From positions 58,513-122,512 of IMG/VR virus record IMGVR_UViG_3300045107_000413: a DNA stretch of 64,000 nt; one strand, given 5' to 3'. Below the pieces are notes generated by a model. It ran no database searches and was not told the DNA's origin. It saw only the letters and a list, made by a program, of their open reading frames with translations. Position 1 is the stretch's first letter. Each line of letters begins with the position of its first letter. Position numbers and translations under genes: made by a program. Positions 1 through 9,107 of this stretch are shown here, piece by piece. The stretch is from a virus.

Positions 1-882
1 GCCTGTCGTGGTGAACTGGTTTGCGCCGGGGGAGGTGAGGGCGCTGTAGCGTTTGGTCGAGTAGACCGTGTTGTTATTGGCTGCGACTGGCACGGTTTCA
101 CTCACCGTATTGCCGTAGTTATCCTTGCCGGACAGCGTGATCGTGCCGGTGGCGCTGTTTCCGGTCAGGGCGAAGATCAAAAACATGCCGGGAGAGGACG
201 GCGCGCTGGTCAGCGTCATGGTGGACGCCTTTGTCGTGGCCGCAAGCAAGGTCGGCGGGGCGGCTGGCACCGTCGTGACGGTCGGGTTGCTCGTAATGAG
301 CATGTACAGCAGCCAGAGTTGATCGGCGTAGACCGATTGATCGAGTTTGTCCAGCGTTGCCCAGCGGTGCGTCTGCTGCACGCGGAAGTCTTTCCAGAGA
401 ATGCCGCGCCGGTCAGAGGGCGAAAATCTACCGATATGCTCTTCCGCATCGGCCTCACAGGGGATGAGGTACTTGCCGGCGGGACTGGCAAAGACCATCA
501 CCTGGCAGGGCAAGAGGCCCGCAGAGAGCGCGAGGCCGGAGGCACTCACCGTCAGGAACGCCTCTGTCGTGGTAAACTCGACAAAGCCCTGCGCGTTCTG
601 CGGGGCGGCTGCCAGGTGATAGGTCTGTGACGTGAGCGGGGAACCGGCCACGTTCGTCCCCGTGATGATGACATTCCCGGAGCCGGGATTGCCGATGATG
701 TAGACGTGCAGGTGCGCCCCCGTCGTTGCCATGCCTGCCTGATTCGGCTGCGTGGTCAGGCTCATCGTCGCCGCCCCTGCCGTCTCTGCTAACAGTAATT
801 GTTCCCCCTGGTTCTGTTCCAGCGTGAGCCGCACCTGTTGCGGGATACCGGAAAAACCCTGTACGGTTGGTGGATAGGGCAT
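1..882 (-). CDS. Putative major tail/tube or other virion structural protein (runs off the left edge)
   Basis: Open frame read manually from ATG at 882 (MPYPPTVQGFSGIPQQVRLTLEQNQGEQLLLAETAG...) to position 1. It is absent from the ORF track because there is no stop in the window. Thr/Ala/Gly-rich and directly downstream of tail-completion genes. Confidence 0.6.
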   Translation of the reverse strand, partial: MPYPPTVQGFSGIPQQVRLTLEQNQGEQLLLAETAGAATMSLTTQPNQAGMATTGAHLHVYIIGNPGSGNVIITGTNVAGSPLTSQTYHLAAAPQNAQGFVEFTTTEAFLTVSASGLALSAGLLPCQVMVFASPAGKYLIPCEADAEEHIGRFSPSDRRGILWKDFRVQQTHRWATLDKLDQSVYADQLWLLYMLITSNPTVTTVPAAPPTLLAATTKASTMTLTSAPSSPGMFLIFALTGNSATGTITLSGKDNYGNTVSETVPVAANNNTVYSTKRYSALTSPGANQFTTTG

Positions 883-948
883 TGTCTAACTTCCTCTCAT
901 CCCCACTACTCTCCTCATCCTCACCCACTGAGGAAGAAACACTTGTGT

Positions 949-1188
949 CTACTCGCCCGCAGTTTGCCCCGCTACAGTCTCAGGGGCGGGCGGCGTGCGT
1001 CCCTCGATTGCCCCGGAGGTCTCTGCGTCCTGCCCGCTTGCCTCACCCGCTTGCGGCGCTGGCAGTATCTCCGTCGCCGTGCGCGCGTCGTAGTCCACCA
1101 GAAAGGTGCCGGGGCCGTGCGAGGCTCCAGGAATACCGGGGAGCGGCCCCGGTGAAACCAGCGTTACCGTCTCTTGCATAGATATCAC
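949..1188 (-). CDS. Small hypothetical protein in the tail module
   Basis: 79-aa ORF tightly packed between structural genes. Confidence 0.5.
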   Translation of the reverse strand: MISMQETVTLVSPGPLPGIPGASHGPGTFLVDYDARTATEILPAPQAGEASGQDAETSGAIEGRTPPAPETVAGQTAGE

Positions 1189-1189
1189 C

Positions 1190-1714
1190 TCAAGGGATAC
1201 TGAGCAAAATGTTGTACTGTTGTTTGACTAAAACTGTAAAATTCCACAATAAATAGACGCGGCCATTGGGAAAGCGCGATGGTACTGCCTGATCGGTCTG
1301 CCCGTTGTCTTCTAAAAGTGAGAAGACGGAGGCAATGGGCTGACTCGGATTATTCGGGTCAGGCACCATGACGTGACTGGCAAAGGTCGGCAGCACAATG
1401 TCCTGCGCCGTGAGCATGCTCACCATCGCGGCTTCAGAGTCCTGTTCGTACTCCCAACCGGAGGTCATCTTAAACATCACCTCATCCTGCACGCGCCAGC
1501 CGATTTGCGTGCCACCTGACCCCATATGCGCCACTTTGCCGCGTGGGTCAACGACTTCCACAAAACTGCTGTAGGGCGTCGGGTCAAAAACTGCTCCGAG
1601 TTTTGCGATACCGTAGACGGGCTGGTTCGTCGCCGGGTTGATGATGCCCTGCAAGAGCAGCACTAACCCCTGCCCGATAGCGAGCCGGTTACTAGCCATA
1701 AGCAATGCGTCCAA
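1190..1714 (-). CDS. Putative tail terminator/completion protein
   Basis: About 170 aa, between an HK97 gp10-like gene and the putative tube gene. The call rests on synteny. Confidence 0.5.
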   Translation of the reverse strand: MDALLMASNRLAIGQGLVLLLQGIINPATNQPVYGIAKLGAVFDPTPYSSFVEVVDPRGKVAHMGSGGTQIGWRVQDEVMFKMTSGWEYEQDSEAAMVSMLTAQDIVLPTFASHVMVPDPNNPSQPIASVFSLLEDNGQTDQAVPSRFPNGRVYLLWNFTVLVKQQYNILLSIP

Positions 1715-2108
1715 GTGCAGTTTCTACTGCTATCTCCACATCCGTCAGCACCGCCTGCTGGTTAGCATTCATGGCAGGGATGAGATACGGCTCTGCCGGG
1801 TCATTGGGGAATACCCTGCCCAGTGCATCTGGGCCATGAAAAGAGAACTCTCGCCTGTGTCCATAGGGAACGCCCACACTGACCTGTATCTCATAGCGAC
1901 TATCAGGGACAACTTCAATAGACCCCGCCAGTGTCCCCTGCGGGTTCCTGAATGCAGACCAGGTATTGGCAACGGCGGCGTTCTTTACCGTCTCCGCCCC
2001 CTTTAGCAATGCCGCCTGCACGGCAGGGGAAAGATAGGCTTCCCAACCTGAGAAGCGCGCAATCTCTGCGAGGGATTGCGGGTCGAGTGATACACTCCAC
2101 GGCCCCAT
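1692..2108 (-). CDS. HK97 gp10-like tail-completion protein
   Basis: Motifs GTLAGSI, YGHRREF and AEPYLIPAM resemble the gp10 family pattern (G.L..SI / Ya..vEfG / a.PfL.PA). Confidence 0.65.
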   Translation of the reverse strand: MGPWSVSLDPQSLAEIARFSGWEAYLSPAVQAALLKGAETVKNAAVANTWSAFRNPQGTLAGSIEVVPDSRYEIQVSVGVPYGHRREFSFHGPDALGRVFPNDPAEPYLIPAMNANQQAVLTDVEIAVETALGRIAYG

Positions 2109-2124
2109 CTGTTCCTATCCTTCC

Positions 2125-2256
2125 CTAGCCCCCACTACAGCGCGACGTGGTGCTGCGGGAGGAGGAACTACTCGACTTGCGTGAGGCCGTTGAGCGTGAG
2201 GCCGAGGAAGACGACTTGCGACTCGTGGTGGAGCGCGAGGTGCTACTACAGGCCAT
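2125..2256 (-). CDS. Hidden 43-aa Ser/Thr/Arg repeat peptide
   Basis: Translates as MACSSTSRSTTSRKSSSSASRSTASRKSSSSSSRSTTSRCSGG*. It has an AAGGA RBS, uses varied Ser codons and fills the gap upstream of the ATG at 2108. Confidence 0.55.
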   Translation of the reverse strand: MACSSTSRSTTSRKSSSSASRSTASRKSSSSSSRSTTSRCSGG

Positions 2257-2414
2257 GTTCGTGCGTCCTTTCTTTCAGGTTCATTTCGATGTTGATGATA
2301 AACAACTGGACGGCATAGACCGCCAGGATGACGATGAGGCCAAGTGAGATACCTGCCCGTAACTCCCTGCACAGGTGGCAGGAGGGCCAGAACATATCTT
2401 TCATCTCCATAGGG

Positions 2415-2684
2415 TTACACTTTCTCAATCCAGTGCCACGTGTGATGTATAGTACCTGCCGCATCATAGTGCGCCGATGTTGCCCAGAAGAGGCCCGGCG
2501 GGGAGACAATTCCCAGGATAGCCCCGGCGTCATTGGTACCGTCGGCAAAGACGATGAGATTGACCATGCCATCACTGCCAGTAACATGCGGGTCACTCCA
2601 ATCCCGCACCACAATCGCGGGTCGGTGCTGCCCGTTGGAGAGGACGTAATGCACAATACGCCCTGCTATGAGTCCATCCATCAT
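2415..2684 (-). CDS. Phage hypothetical protein (GRIVHYV...RPAIV type)
   Basis: ATG at 2684 with an AGGAG RBS. The motif GRIVHYV..RPAIVV..VNLIVF..W.W is familiar from phage late regions. Confidence 0.6.
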   Translation of the reverse strand: MMDGLIAGRIVHYVLSNGQHRPAIVVRDWSDPHVTGSDGMVNLIVFADGTNDAGAILGIVSPPGLFWATSAHYDAAGTIHHTWHWIEKV

Positions 2685-2694
2685 CTTTCTCCTT

Positions 2695-2994
2695 CTAGGG
2701 CGTGACGCCCGTATACTGACTGACTCTGGATTCCCAATGCGTCGAGTAGACGGCGGCGCGCCCAAACACGCTGTACATGACCTTGCTCGTCTGGTCAATC
2801 AGGTAATCCCCGCGCTCTGGGATGCTCTCTGCAAAGTCAGGCGCATCACAGTAGACCTCAAGGCTATCGGTGGGGATTAGCCCGCCCGCGTTCATGACCA
2901 GTTCGATGTTGACCGTATCTATTTGTACCGGAACATCCCGTGCAATGATGCGCCCGTTGCGCTGAAGTGATATGGTATTCGTCACAAATGCCAT
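2695..2994 (-). CDS. Putative head-closure (stopper) protein
   Basis: 99 aa, follows the adaptor gene, GGAG RBS. Call by synteny. Confidence 0.5.
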   Translation of the reverse strand: MAFVTNTISLQRNGRIIARDVPVQIDTVNIELVMNAGGLIPTDSLEVYCDAPDFAESIPERGDYLIDQTSKVMYSVFGRAAVYSTHWESRVSQYTGVTP

Positions 2995-3009
2995 TACTGC
3001 CCACTCCTC

Positions 3010-4191
3010 TCAGGCGACGGCAATACTGCTATAGGACGATAAACACAGCAGCGCCTCCTGACACAAAAACTCATACGTGGTGCCAGCGATGTAGCGCCGC
3101 CCCCGGTCTACCTTGCGCTTGCCCATCTGAATGCTCTCCAGGCCCGCCAACCCCTGCTTGTTCAGCGCGCGTTGCCCTAAGATGTAGGACGTTTGCGCAA
3201 TGGTCGCGGCGGTGACTTGATCGGGGATTTGCGCCGTGTAGTCCGCCGTCACCACGTCGCTAGAGAGCAGGGGACTGGCAAAGGTCACGCGCCCCTCGGT
3301 GTAGTTTGCGCTGTACCCACTGGCAAATACCGTGCCTGCCGGGTACGCAACAGCAGGGGTGAAACTGCTGATCGGCAGCGTCGTTGCCCCGGCACTTGCC
3401 CCAGGACTGGCAACGGTGACGATGAGGGCCGTTTGCCCCGTGCCGTCATTCACAATCAGGCTGCTCCCCTGTGTGATGGCCTGTGGCAGTGCCACCACAG
3501 GCAGTGACGTATAGGGCGTCCCTGCGGTAAGCGCGCTAGAAAGGGATGCTGCCACCTGCGGGATGCCGTTTTTGTAGATGACGGGCGGCACCGGCGGGAG
3601 CGTCTGCGGCTGGATAGAGAGGGCTTGCGTGTACGTCGTTGCCCAGAAGCCACGCGCAGCCGTGTAGTTCTTGAGATCACCGCTTGAGACCGAGCCGTTC
3701 ATGGCATAGGTGTTTGAGAGCGTATCCCCGTAAAAGGGGAGGTAGTACCCGCGTTCGTAATCAAGCTGAACAATAGGTGGATCGAGGCCAAGCATGGTGA
3801 GGACGGGCGCAAGGCTGTACGTGATGGAAGTCAGTGGCACAATCTCAATGTACCAGCCAAATTGATTATAGGCCACATCGCTATTTTGAATCGTTGCTAC
3901 AAAGGGCGCACCGGTATTTGACATATTTGCAACCTGAATGTTATACCTGAGCGCACGTCTCACTGGTACGGGTACATTCGGGATACGTACACGTCTTCTC
4001 TGTGGGTCCCACGGAAATTCAACCCATGCTACGCCTGGCTCGAAGCCCCCTAGACGGGGATCAAATGCCATAAATGCATCAACGTCCGTTTCTGCACGAG
4101 CAATAGAACGGGCAAGTACAGTATCAGTGATGTCAGAGGAAAAGAGTGCATCATCATATAAGCGTGCCATTGCAGGGGTGAGGTACTTCAT
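3010..4191 (-). CDS. Putative head-tail adaptor with inserted beta-rich domain
   Basis: The likely start is ATG 4191 after a GGAGG RBS (MKYLTPAM...). The N-terminal ARAETDVDAF and C-terminal IPDQVTAATI are adaptor-like helices. Confidence 0.6.
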   Translation of the reverse strand: MKYLTPAMARLYDDALFSSDITDTVLARSIARAETDVDAFMAFDPRLGGFEPGVAWVEFPWDPQRRRVRIPNVPVPVRRALRYNIQVANMSNTGAPFVATIQNSDVAYNQFGWYIEIVPLTSITYSLAPVLTMLGLDPPIVQLDYERGYYLPFYGDTLSNTYAMNGSVSSGDLKNYTAARGFWATTYTQALSIQPQTLPPVPPVIYKNGIPQVAASLSSALTAGTPYTSLPVVALPQAITQGSSLIVNDGTGQTALIVTVASPGASAGATTLPISSFTPAVAYPAGTVFASGYSANYTEGRVTFASPLLSSDVVTADYTAQIPDQVTAATIAQTSYILGQRALNKQGLAGLESIQMGKRKVDRGRRYIAGTTYEFLCQEALLCLSSYSSIAVA

Positions 4192-4240
4192 GCCGCACCT
4201 CCAAAAGTTCCATAACCTTGCTTCTGATGTGGCATGAGGC

Positions 4241-4269
4241 TTGACAGGCGAGCGGCTTTGTAGTATACT
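4241..4269 (+). promoter_or_regulatory. Sigma70-like promoter for the GIY-YIG gene
   Basis: TTGACA-17 nt-TATACT. Confidence 0.65.
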
Positions 4270-4349
4270 TGTTCTAAATAAACAAGTGTTTGCCTCTGCG
4301 AATGTGTCACCATCCCAGAGGCGTGACGATATGAAAGTGAGTTCATACC

Positions 4350-5384
4350 GTGAGTGATATTGTACCACAAAACCCGCCTGAACAAACTCCTCAACTTCCA
4401 AGAACTCCTGGCATCTATCATCTGCTCAACATCATTACGGCGCATTCTTACATCGGGTCTACCACAAACCTTCATAAACGAAAGACTGAACACCTGAATT
4501 CCTTGAAGAAGAATGTTCATCCCAACATTCACCTGCAACGTGCTTTTAACATTGATGGAGAGGCGGCATTTACATTTCAGGTACTTGAGCATGTGAGTGA
4601 CCCCTCCCTTCTTTTAGAGCGTGAGCAGTATTGGATTGATACACTCAAGCCCGAATACAACATCAGCAAACTAGCCGCTACTAATCTTGGAACAAAGCGC
4701 ACTCCTGAGCAACGTGAAAAAATGCGCAAAGCCCAACTAGGGAAGAAGCATCCTCCTGAATTTGGAGCTAAGATATCTGCTGCTAATCGTGGACACAAAC
4801 ATACCCCCGAAACTATTGCCAAGATATCTGCTGCAAAGAAGGGCAAGCCCTCAAAAAGTAAAGGGAGACCCAAGAGTGAAGAGACAAAAGAAAAGATACG
4901 TAAAGCCCAGGCTGGTAAACCACGAAATCCTGAATCTATTGCAAAGGCAAAAGCCACTCGCAGGGAGAGACCATATAAGCACACCTCTGAGGCCCGTGCA
5001 AAGATATCAGCAGCATCAAAAGACAGAGTAGTTAGCGAAGAAACACGTGCAAAACTAGCAGAGGTAAACAGGGGAAGAAAGCACACTTCTGAAGCACGTG
5101 CCAGGATGAGAGAGGCCCATAAGGACAAGCCTGGCCCTAATCTTGGGAAGCAATTTACCTCTGAGCATCGGGCAAATCTAAGTACCGCCCATAAAGGGAA
5201 ACCAGCCTGGAATAAGGGAAGGACTTGTACCCCTGAAGAAAGAGAGAGGAATAGTGCTAGCAAAACAGGAAGTACATGGAGTCCCTTGCGCCGCGCCCGC
5301 TTTGAAGCCAAAAAGGAAGCCAAGAAAAAGGCACAGCAAGAAAACCAGCCTCCTACTTTATGGGACAATGAAGGCACTGTATAG
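4350..5384 (+). CDS. GIY-YIG homing endonuclease with NUMOD3-like repeats
   Basis: GIYHLLN...YIGST..L.KR..EH, LEREQYWID and PEYNI motifs, followed by many H(T)xE(T)RAKIS repeats. More AT-rich than the flanks and on the opposite strand. Confidence 0.92.
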   Translation: MSDIVPQNPPEQTPQLPRTPGIYHLLNIITAHSYIGSTTNLHKRKTEHLNSLKKNVHPNIHLQRAFNIDGEAAFTFQVLEHVSDPSLLLEREQYWIDTLKPEYNISKLAATNLGTKRTPEQREKMRKAQLGKKHPPEFGAKISAANRGHKHTPETIAKISAAKKGKPSKSKGRPKSEETKEKIRKAQAGKPRNPESIAKAKATRRERPYKHTSEARAKISAASKDRVVSEETRAKLAEVNRGRKHTSEARARMREAHKDKPGPNLGKQFTSEHRANLSTAHKGKPAWNKGRTCTPEERERNSASKTGSTWSPLRRARFEAKKEAKKKAQQENQPPTLWDNEGTV

Positions 5385-5494
5385 TCCGTCTCCGCACGGG
5401 CAATGCTGCGAGGGAGAACAAGGTCAGTCACGTCACTGGAAAACAGCGCGTCATCAGAAAGCCGGGCCATTGCCGGTGTCAGATACTTTGGCAT
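5384..5494 (-). pseudogene. Orphaned 5' end (about 37 codons) of the adaptor gene
   Basis: MPKYLTPAMARLSDDALFSSDVTDLVLPRSIARAETD duplicates the N-terminus at 4191, then runs into the antisense of the HEG. Confidence 0.8.
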
Positions 5495-5531
5495 GTCCTC
5501 ATCCTCCCTTCCACATCACTCCCTCAATGCC

Positions 5532-6092
5532 CTACACTACCCCATCAATATAGGTGAGCGTATAATCCCCTGCCGTACCAGACAGCACGGTATAGAACAG
5601 GCCATGGTCACAGACGCACGCGAACTCGAACACCTGCCCGGCTGCTGAGGGCTGGATGACCGCAAAGACGCCCGCGCTGGCAGGAAGGTCAGAGAGGCCC
5701 GGCGCGCCATTACGCAAGGTGATCGTCACGCCACTGCCCGGCTGATTGATGAGCAGCCGCCCCAGGTAGGTTGGGCTGCGGGAGACGATGCTGTAGGCCC
5801 CGCTATGGTTGTTGGCGAAGTCGGCGCTAAAGGTGCCAGCCGAAAGGTTGACTGCACTCACCCGCACATTTTCTGCCGTCCCCGTTCCCCCTGCGATATT
5901 GAGCAGTTTACCTACCACGATGCCGGACATGCTGGCAGGGGTCACGACCACGCCCGCCCCTGCCGTAATTGTGGTGGCAGAGGTGGTATTGACCGCCTGC
6001 CCTGCGCCAACAAAGGCGCTGCCACTGGTGAGCGCGTTCAGATGGAGGGGCGTGTATTCCCCGATGGGGGAAAGTGGCTGAAAACGTCCCAT
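5532..6092 (-). CDS. Virion structural/decoration protein
   Basis: Shares a domain of about 70 aa (VNTTSATTITAG...FANNHSGAY) with the 6096-6815 product. Lies downstream of the major capsid gene. Confidence 0.6.
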   Translation of the reverse strand: MGRFQPLSPIGEYTPLHLNALTSGSAFVGAGQAVNTTSATTITAGAGVVVTPASMSGIVVGKLLNIAGGTGTAENVRVSAVNLSAGTFSADFANNHSGAYSIVSRSPTYLGRLLINQPGSGVTITLRNGAPGLSDLPASAGVFAVIQPSAAGQVFEFACVCDHGLFYTVLSGTAGDYTLTYIDGVV

Positions 6093-6095
6093 GCC

Positions 6096-6815
6096 CTAGC
6101 CTCGCGGTTGCAGGTTATTGATGCTTACATAGTCCAACTGTACCGTTGCCGCCGGGGAGGCCAGGCCCGTCGCGTCATTGCTGAGGCGTTGGATGGTCAG
6201 CACGTCCCCCGGCTGGATGATGGTGGCACTCGTGGGGGCAAGCACCTTCAACTGGCGTGGGGCATAGGCCGTCTCCGTCACGCCCGTCCCGTTGTAGGAG
6301 ATTTGTGCCAAACCCGTCCCGACAATGGTGTATGCGCCGCTATGGTTGTTGGCAAAGGTTGCGGTGAAGGTGCCAGCCGCATAGGAAACGGCGGTCACCA
6401 CCACATACTCTGCCGTACCGGTGCCACCGGAGACGTAGAGGATGCTCCCGACCACAATGTTCTGCATACTGGCAGGCGTCACGACGACGCCGGAGCCTGC
6501 CGTGATCGTGGTGGCGCTTGTCGTGTTCACCTGATTGAGGACCGTTCCCGCCCGGTACTGCCGGATGAGCCAGCTATAGAAGTGGGCGCTTGCCCCCGTC
6601 ACTGCCGCCTCCGGCACAATCGTGACCGCCCGCAGGGAGATGGCATTGTAGGGAATGACGCCCTTATTGGTAGCGGACAACTGCGTCAGATCAGGGATGG
6701 TGAAGAGCGCGTACTCGTAGTCATTGGCTGAGCCTGCCGTCCCTGCCGGAATGCGTACCGGCGGGGCAAGCGGCAAGTCCACATAGGCCCCCACTAAACT
6801 CTGCACATGTACCAT
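6096..6815 (-). CDS. Virion structural/decoration protein
   Basis: Contains the paralogous domain above. Beta-rich. Confidence 0.6.
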   Translation of the reverse strand: MVHVQSLVGAYVDLPLAPPVRIPAGTAGSANDYEYALFTIPDLTQLSATNKGVIPYNAISLRAVTIVPEAAVTGASAHFYSWLIRQYRAGTVLNQVNTTSATTITAGSGVVVTPASMQNIVVGSILYVSGGTGTAEYVVVTAVSYAAGTFTATFANNHSGAYTIVGTGLAQISYNGTGVTETAYAPRQLKVLAPTSATIIQPGDVLTIQRLSNDATGLASPAATVQLDYVSINNLQPRG

Positions 6816-6817
6816 TG

Positions 6818-7354
6818 CTACACCTCTTCCTTGCGGCTGGTCAGTTCATTGAGCATCTGCCGCGCTAAGGCCTCGGCCTTTTCGCGCCCAACGAGGGCAA
6901 TGAACTTCTCCGGGTCAAGCATGGCAAGGGCCTGTGCCACATTGCCGGGGGCAAGCGGGTCGCGTCCGAGCGCGCGCGCAAAATCGGCGGGTTCGGCGTT
7001 ATTGGGGAAAATGTGGGATTTATCGACCAGGCCGCGCTTTGTCCAGGCCAATGCATCCTTGTAGGGGATGTTACGCAGCACGCCGCCGGTTGCCGTGTAG
7101 CCGTCAAAGAGGCTCACACGGTCAAGGGGGAGTGCTGGCGTACCCCAACCCCTGAGTACCACGCACACAGGGTCATCTGGCTCAAAGGTGGGTGCGGCGG
7201 GCTGTGCGGGTGCCACCTGCTTGACTGGCATTGCCGCGTCCTGAACTGGCTTTGTCTCTTCTTTTTCTAAGAGAACTGTCATACTTCTTCCTCCCGGCGC
7301 GGGCGCGTTTCGCTGCTGCGTTGGCGCCCGCGCGCTTGCACTACTTTTTCTCAT
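6818..7354 (-). CDS. Hypothetical protein downstream of the major capsid gene
   Basis: 178-aa ORF, coupled to its neighbours. Confidence 0.55.
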   Translation of the reverse strand: MRKSSASARAPTQQRNAPAPGGRSMTVLLEKEETKPVQDAAMPVKQVAPAQPAAPTFEPDDPVCVVLRGWGTPALPLDRVSLFDGYTATGGVLRNIPYKDALAWTKRGLVDKSHIFPNNAEPADFARALGRDPLAPGNVAQALAMLDPEKFIALVGREKAEALARQMLNELTSRKEEV

Positions 7355-7372
7355 CAGACACCAGCCAATTCA

Positions 7373-8629
7373 TTAACTGTAGACGCGCCTGACCTTGCCC
7401 ATGAAGAGCGGGGCATTGATTTCCAGACCCCAGAGGCCGAAGATGATATAGCGTGAACTGAGCTGGTTATCCACGCCGGAGGGGATTTCCAGCACGGTAA
7501 AGCCGTCCTTATAGAGCCAGCGCAGCATCGTGTGACGGGTATCGATGACGTAGAGATCTTCTACCGTCGCACCCGTCGTCGGGCTGGTGTAGGTTCCCAT
7601 CGTGGAGCCGGGGCAGGGCAAGATGTCCAGCAGGCCATCGGCGGCAAGGATTTGATTGGCGCGCACGCCGGGGATAATCTCATTCTGGTTATCGTTGTAG
7701 CGGCGGTTATCCTGATTCTCCTGATCCAACGCCTCTTTGGCGCGCATGGTGGACAGCACCAGATTCGGATGCCCGCCGTTATCCGCAGAGCGCGCACTGA
7801 TGCTCTGAATGGACCTGGTGAGGTTCAGTGTTCCCTGGTCAAGCTGAATGGCATTGTCACTACTATAGTTTGTGCTGGCAACTGCACCCAGAATCATGCG
7901 CATGCCGTCAAAGCCGTTGGCATTGTAGTTGCCTGCCTCGCTGGTCAGGGTACCGGAAGAATAGGAGCCATTGCCCTGAAACAGGTAGTATTGCACATCA
8001 CGGGACAGGACAATGAGGCCATTATTTATTTCAGTTGCCAGCGGGTTATAGGGTGCGCCGCCTGCCGCAACTGCCGCCTGCTCCTTGAAGGACACGCCAC
8101 GCCCGGTGGCCAGCACCGCAATGGAGGTGGTCTGCCGCGCAAGGGTGGTCTGGTTGTAGCCCACGTTGCCAAGTTCAGAAATGGCTGTGCTGCCGAGGCT
8201 GTTTCCATCAGGTGCAGACATAATATTATAGGCATGCACGAGTCCATTTGACTGCCCATGTGGGATGACATCATATGCTGGAAACTGCGTCACGAACTGC
8301 GCGATGAGCGGGGCTTCCAGGTCTTGTCGAATCATCACCGAGCCGCCGGAGGTCCCGCCGCCGGTTGAGTCAAGGATGGACTTCGTATGCACGTTATTGC
8401 GCAGGGCGTCCTCCATCCCTTCATAGGAGAGCATTTCACCCAGGACACGTTTGGTCAACTCACGCTGTTCCTCACGCTGCTCTCTGGTCTGCGGAGTATG
8501 GGCAGCATGAACAAAGTAGTCATTGACCTGCTTTGGGGTGAACTCTTTCAAGAGAGTTCGGACTTGCTTATCCCGCTTCTGAATATACTGTGGGTCTCGC
8601 GGGTGCAAGGTTGTGGTAATAGGTTCCAC
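7373..8629 (-). CDS. Major capsid protein (HK97-like fold)
   Basis: 418 aa with IRQDLE, YYLFQGN, GFDGM and DLYVID motifs and a C-terminal FGLWGLEI. Sits upstream of the head-completion genes. Confidence 0.8.
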   Translation of the reverse strand: MEPITTTLHPRDPQYIQKRDKQVRTLLKEFTPKQVNDYFVHAAHTPQTREQREEQRELTKRVLGEMLSYEGMEDALRNNVHTKSILDSTGGGTSGGSVMIRQDLEAPLIAQFVTQFPAYDVIPHGQSNGLVHAYNIMSAPDGNSLGSTAISELGNVGYNQTTLARQTTSIAVLATGRGVSFKEQAAVAAGGAPYNPLATEINNGLIVLSRDVQYYLFQGNGSYSSGTLTSEAGNYNANGFDGMRMILGAVASTNYSSDNAIQLDQGTLNLTRSIQSISARSADNGGHPNLVLSTMRAKEALDQENQDNRRYNDNQNEIIPGVRANQILAADGLLDILPCPGSTMGTYTSPTTGATVEDLYVIDTRHTMLRWLYKDGFTVLEIPSGVDNQLSSRYIIFGLWGLEINAPLFMGKVRRVYS

Positions 8630-8882
8630 CTGGCATCATCCTGACATCACTTCTAACCCATCCACTGATGCCGTGGCTTGCTATCTTGACGCCTTAGCTG
8701 AGAGGCAGCCGAAGGCGGGAATTGCGCATGCTGCACATTCTTCGGGGTATGCTCTGCCTGACACATCTATCAGGCATCACGGGTCAGTCATTGCTGTTTG
8801 CCCGTCTAGCAAAAGAATAGCACAACAGGAGAGATTCTGCAAGGAGTATGCTAGAATAGAGGCAAAGAGAAGGAGGAAGACT

Positions 8883-9107
8883 ATGACCGACAAATACCCC
8901 GTGACGGAATGTTCCGTCTCTCCATCTGTCCTGTTTCGCTGTCGCTTCTGTCAAGGTTGGATTGAGTCACGGCAAAGCGGCCCCTATCACGTCTCAACGA
9001 CGGACGCTTGTTCATGCTGCGGGGCGGGCTATCAGATAGACTGGCAAGAGGGACGTGACCAACCGGTGATCGTCATGTGGGAGCGGGAGGCAGAGGAGAC
9101 AGTATGA
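8883..9107 (+). CDS. Small Zn-finger hypothetical protein
   Basis: CRFC and CSCC pairs, GGAGG RBS. First gene of a + strand operon. Confidence 0.55.
   Translation: MTDKYPVTECSVSPSVLFRCRFCQGWIESRQSGPYHVSTTDACSCCGAGYQIDWQEGRDQPVIVMWEREAEETV

Noticed and set aside
3010-4401. 463-aa version of the adaptor
   Set aside because: The N-terminal extension overlaps the HEG promoter and start. The RBS and the duplicated N-terminus indicate a start at 4191.
4192-5384. Group I intron or intein around the GIY-YIG gene
   Set aside because: The endonuclease is antisense, no intron core is evident, and the downstream gene has its own RBS and full N-terminus.
4577-5494. 305-aa minus-strand ORF as a real protein
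   Set aside because: Only the first ~37 codons are meaningful. The rest is the antisense of the Lys/Arg-rich endonuclease.
5805-8251. Long antisense ORFs here (308 and 239 aa) and similar ones at 34132-35145, 48903-49790 and 51730-52695
   Set aside because: They are shadow ORFs opposite well-supported genes in GC-rich DNA.
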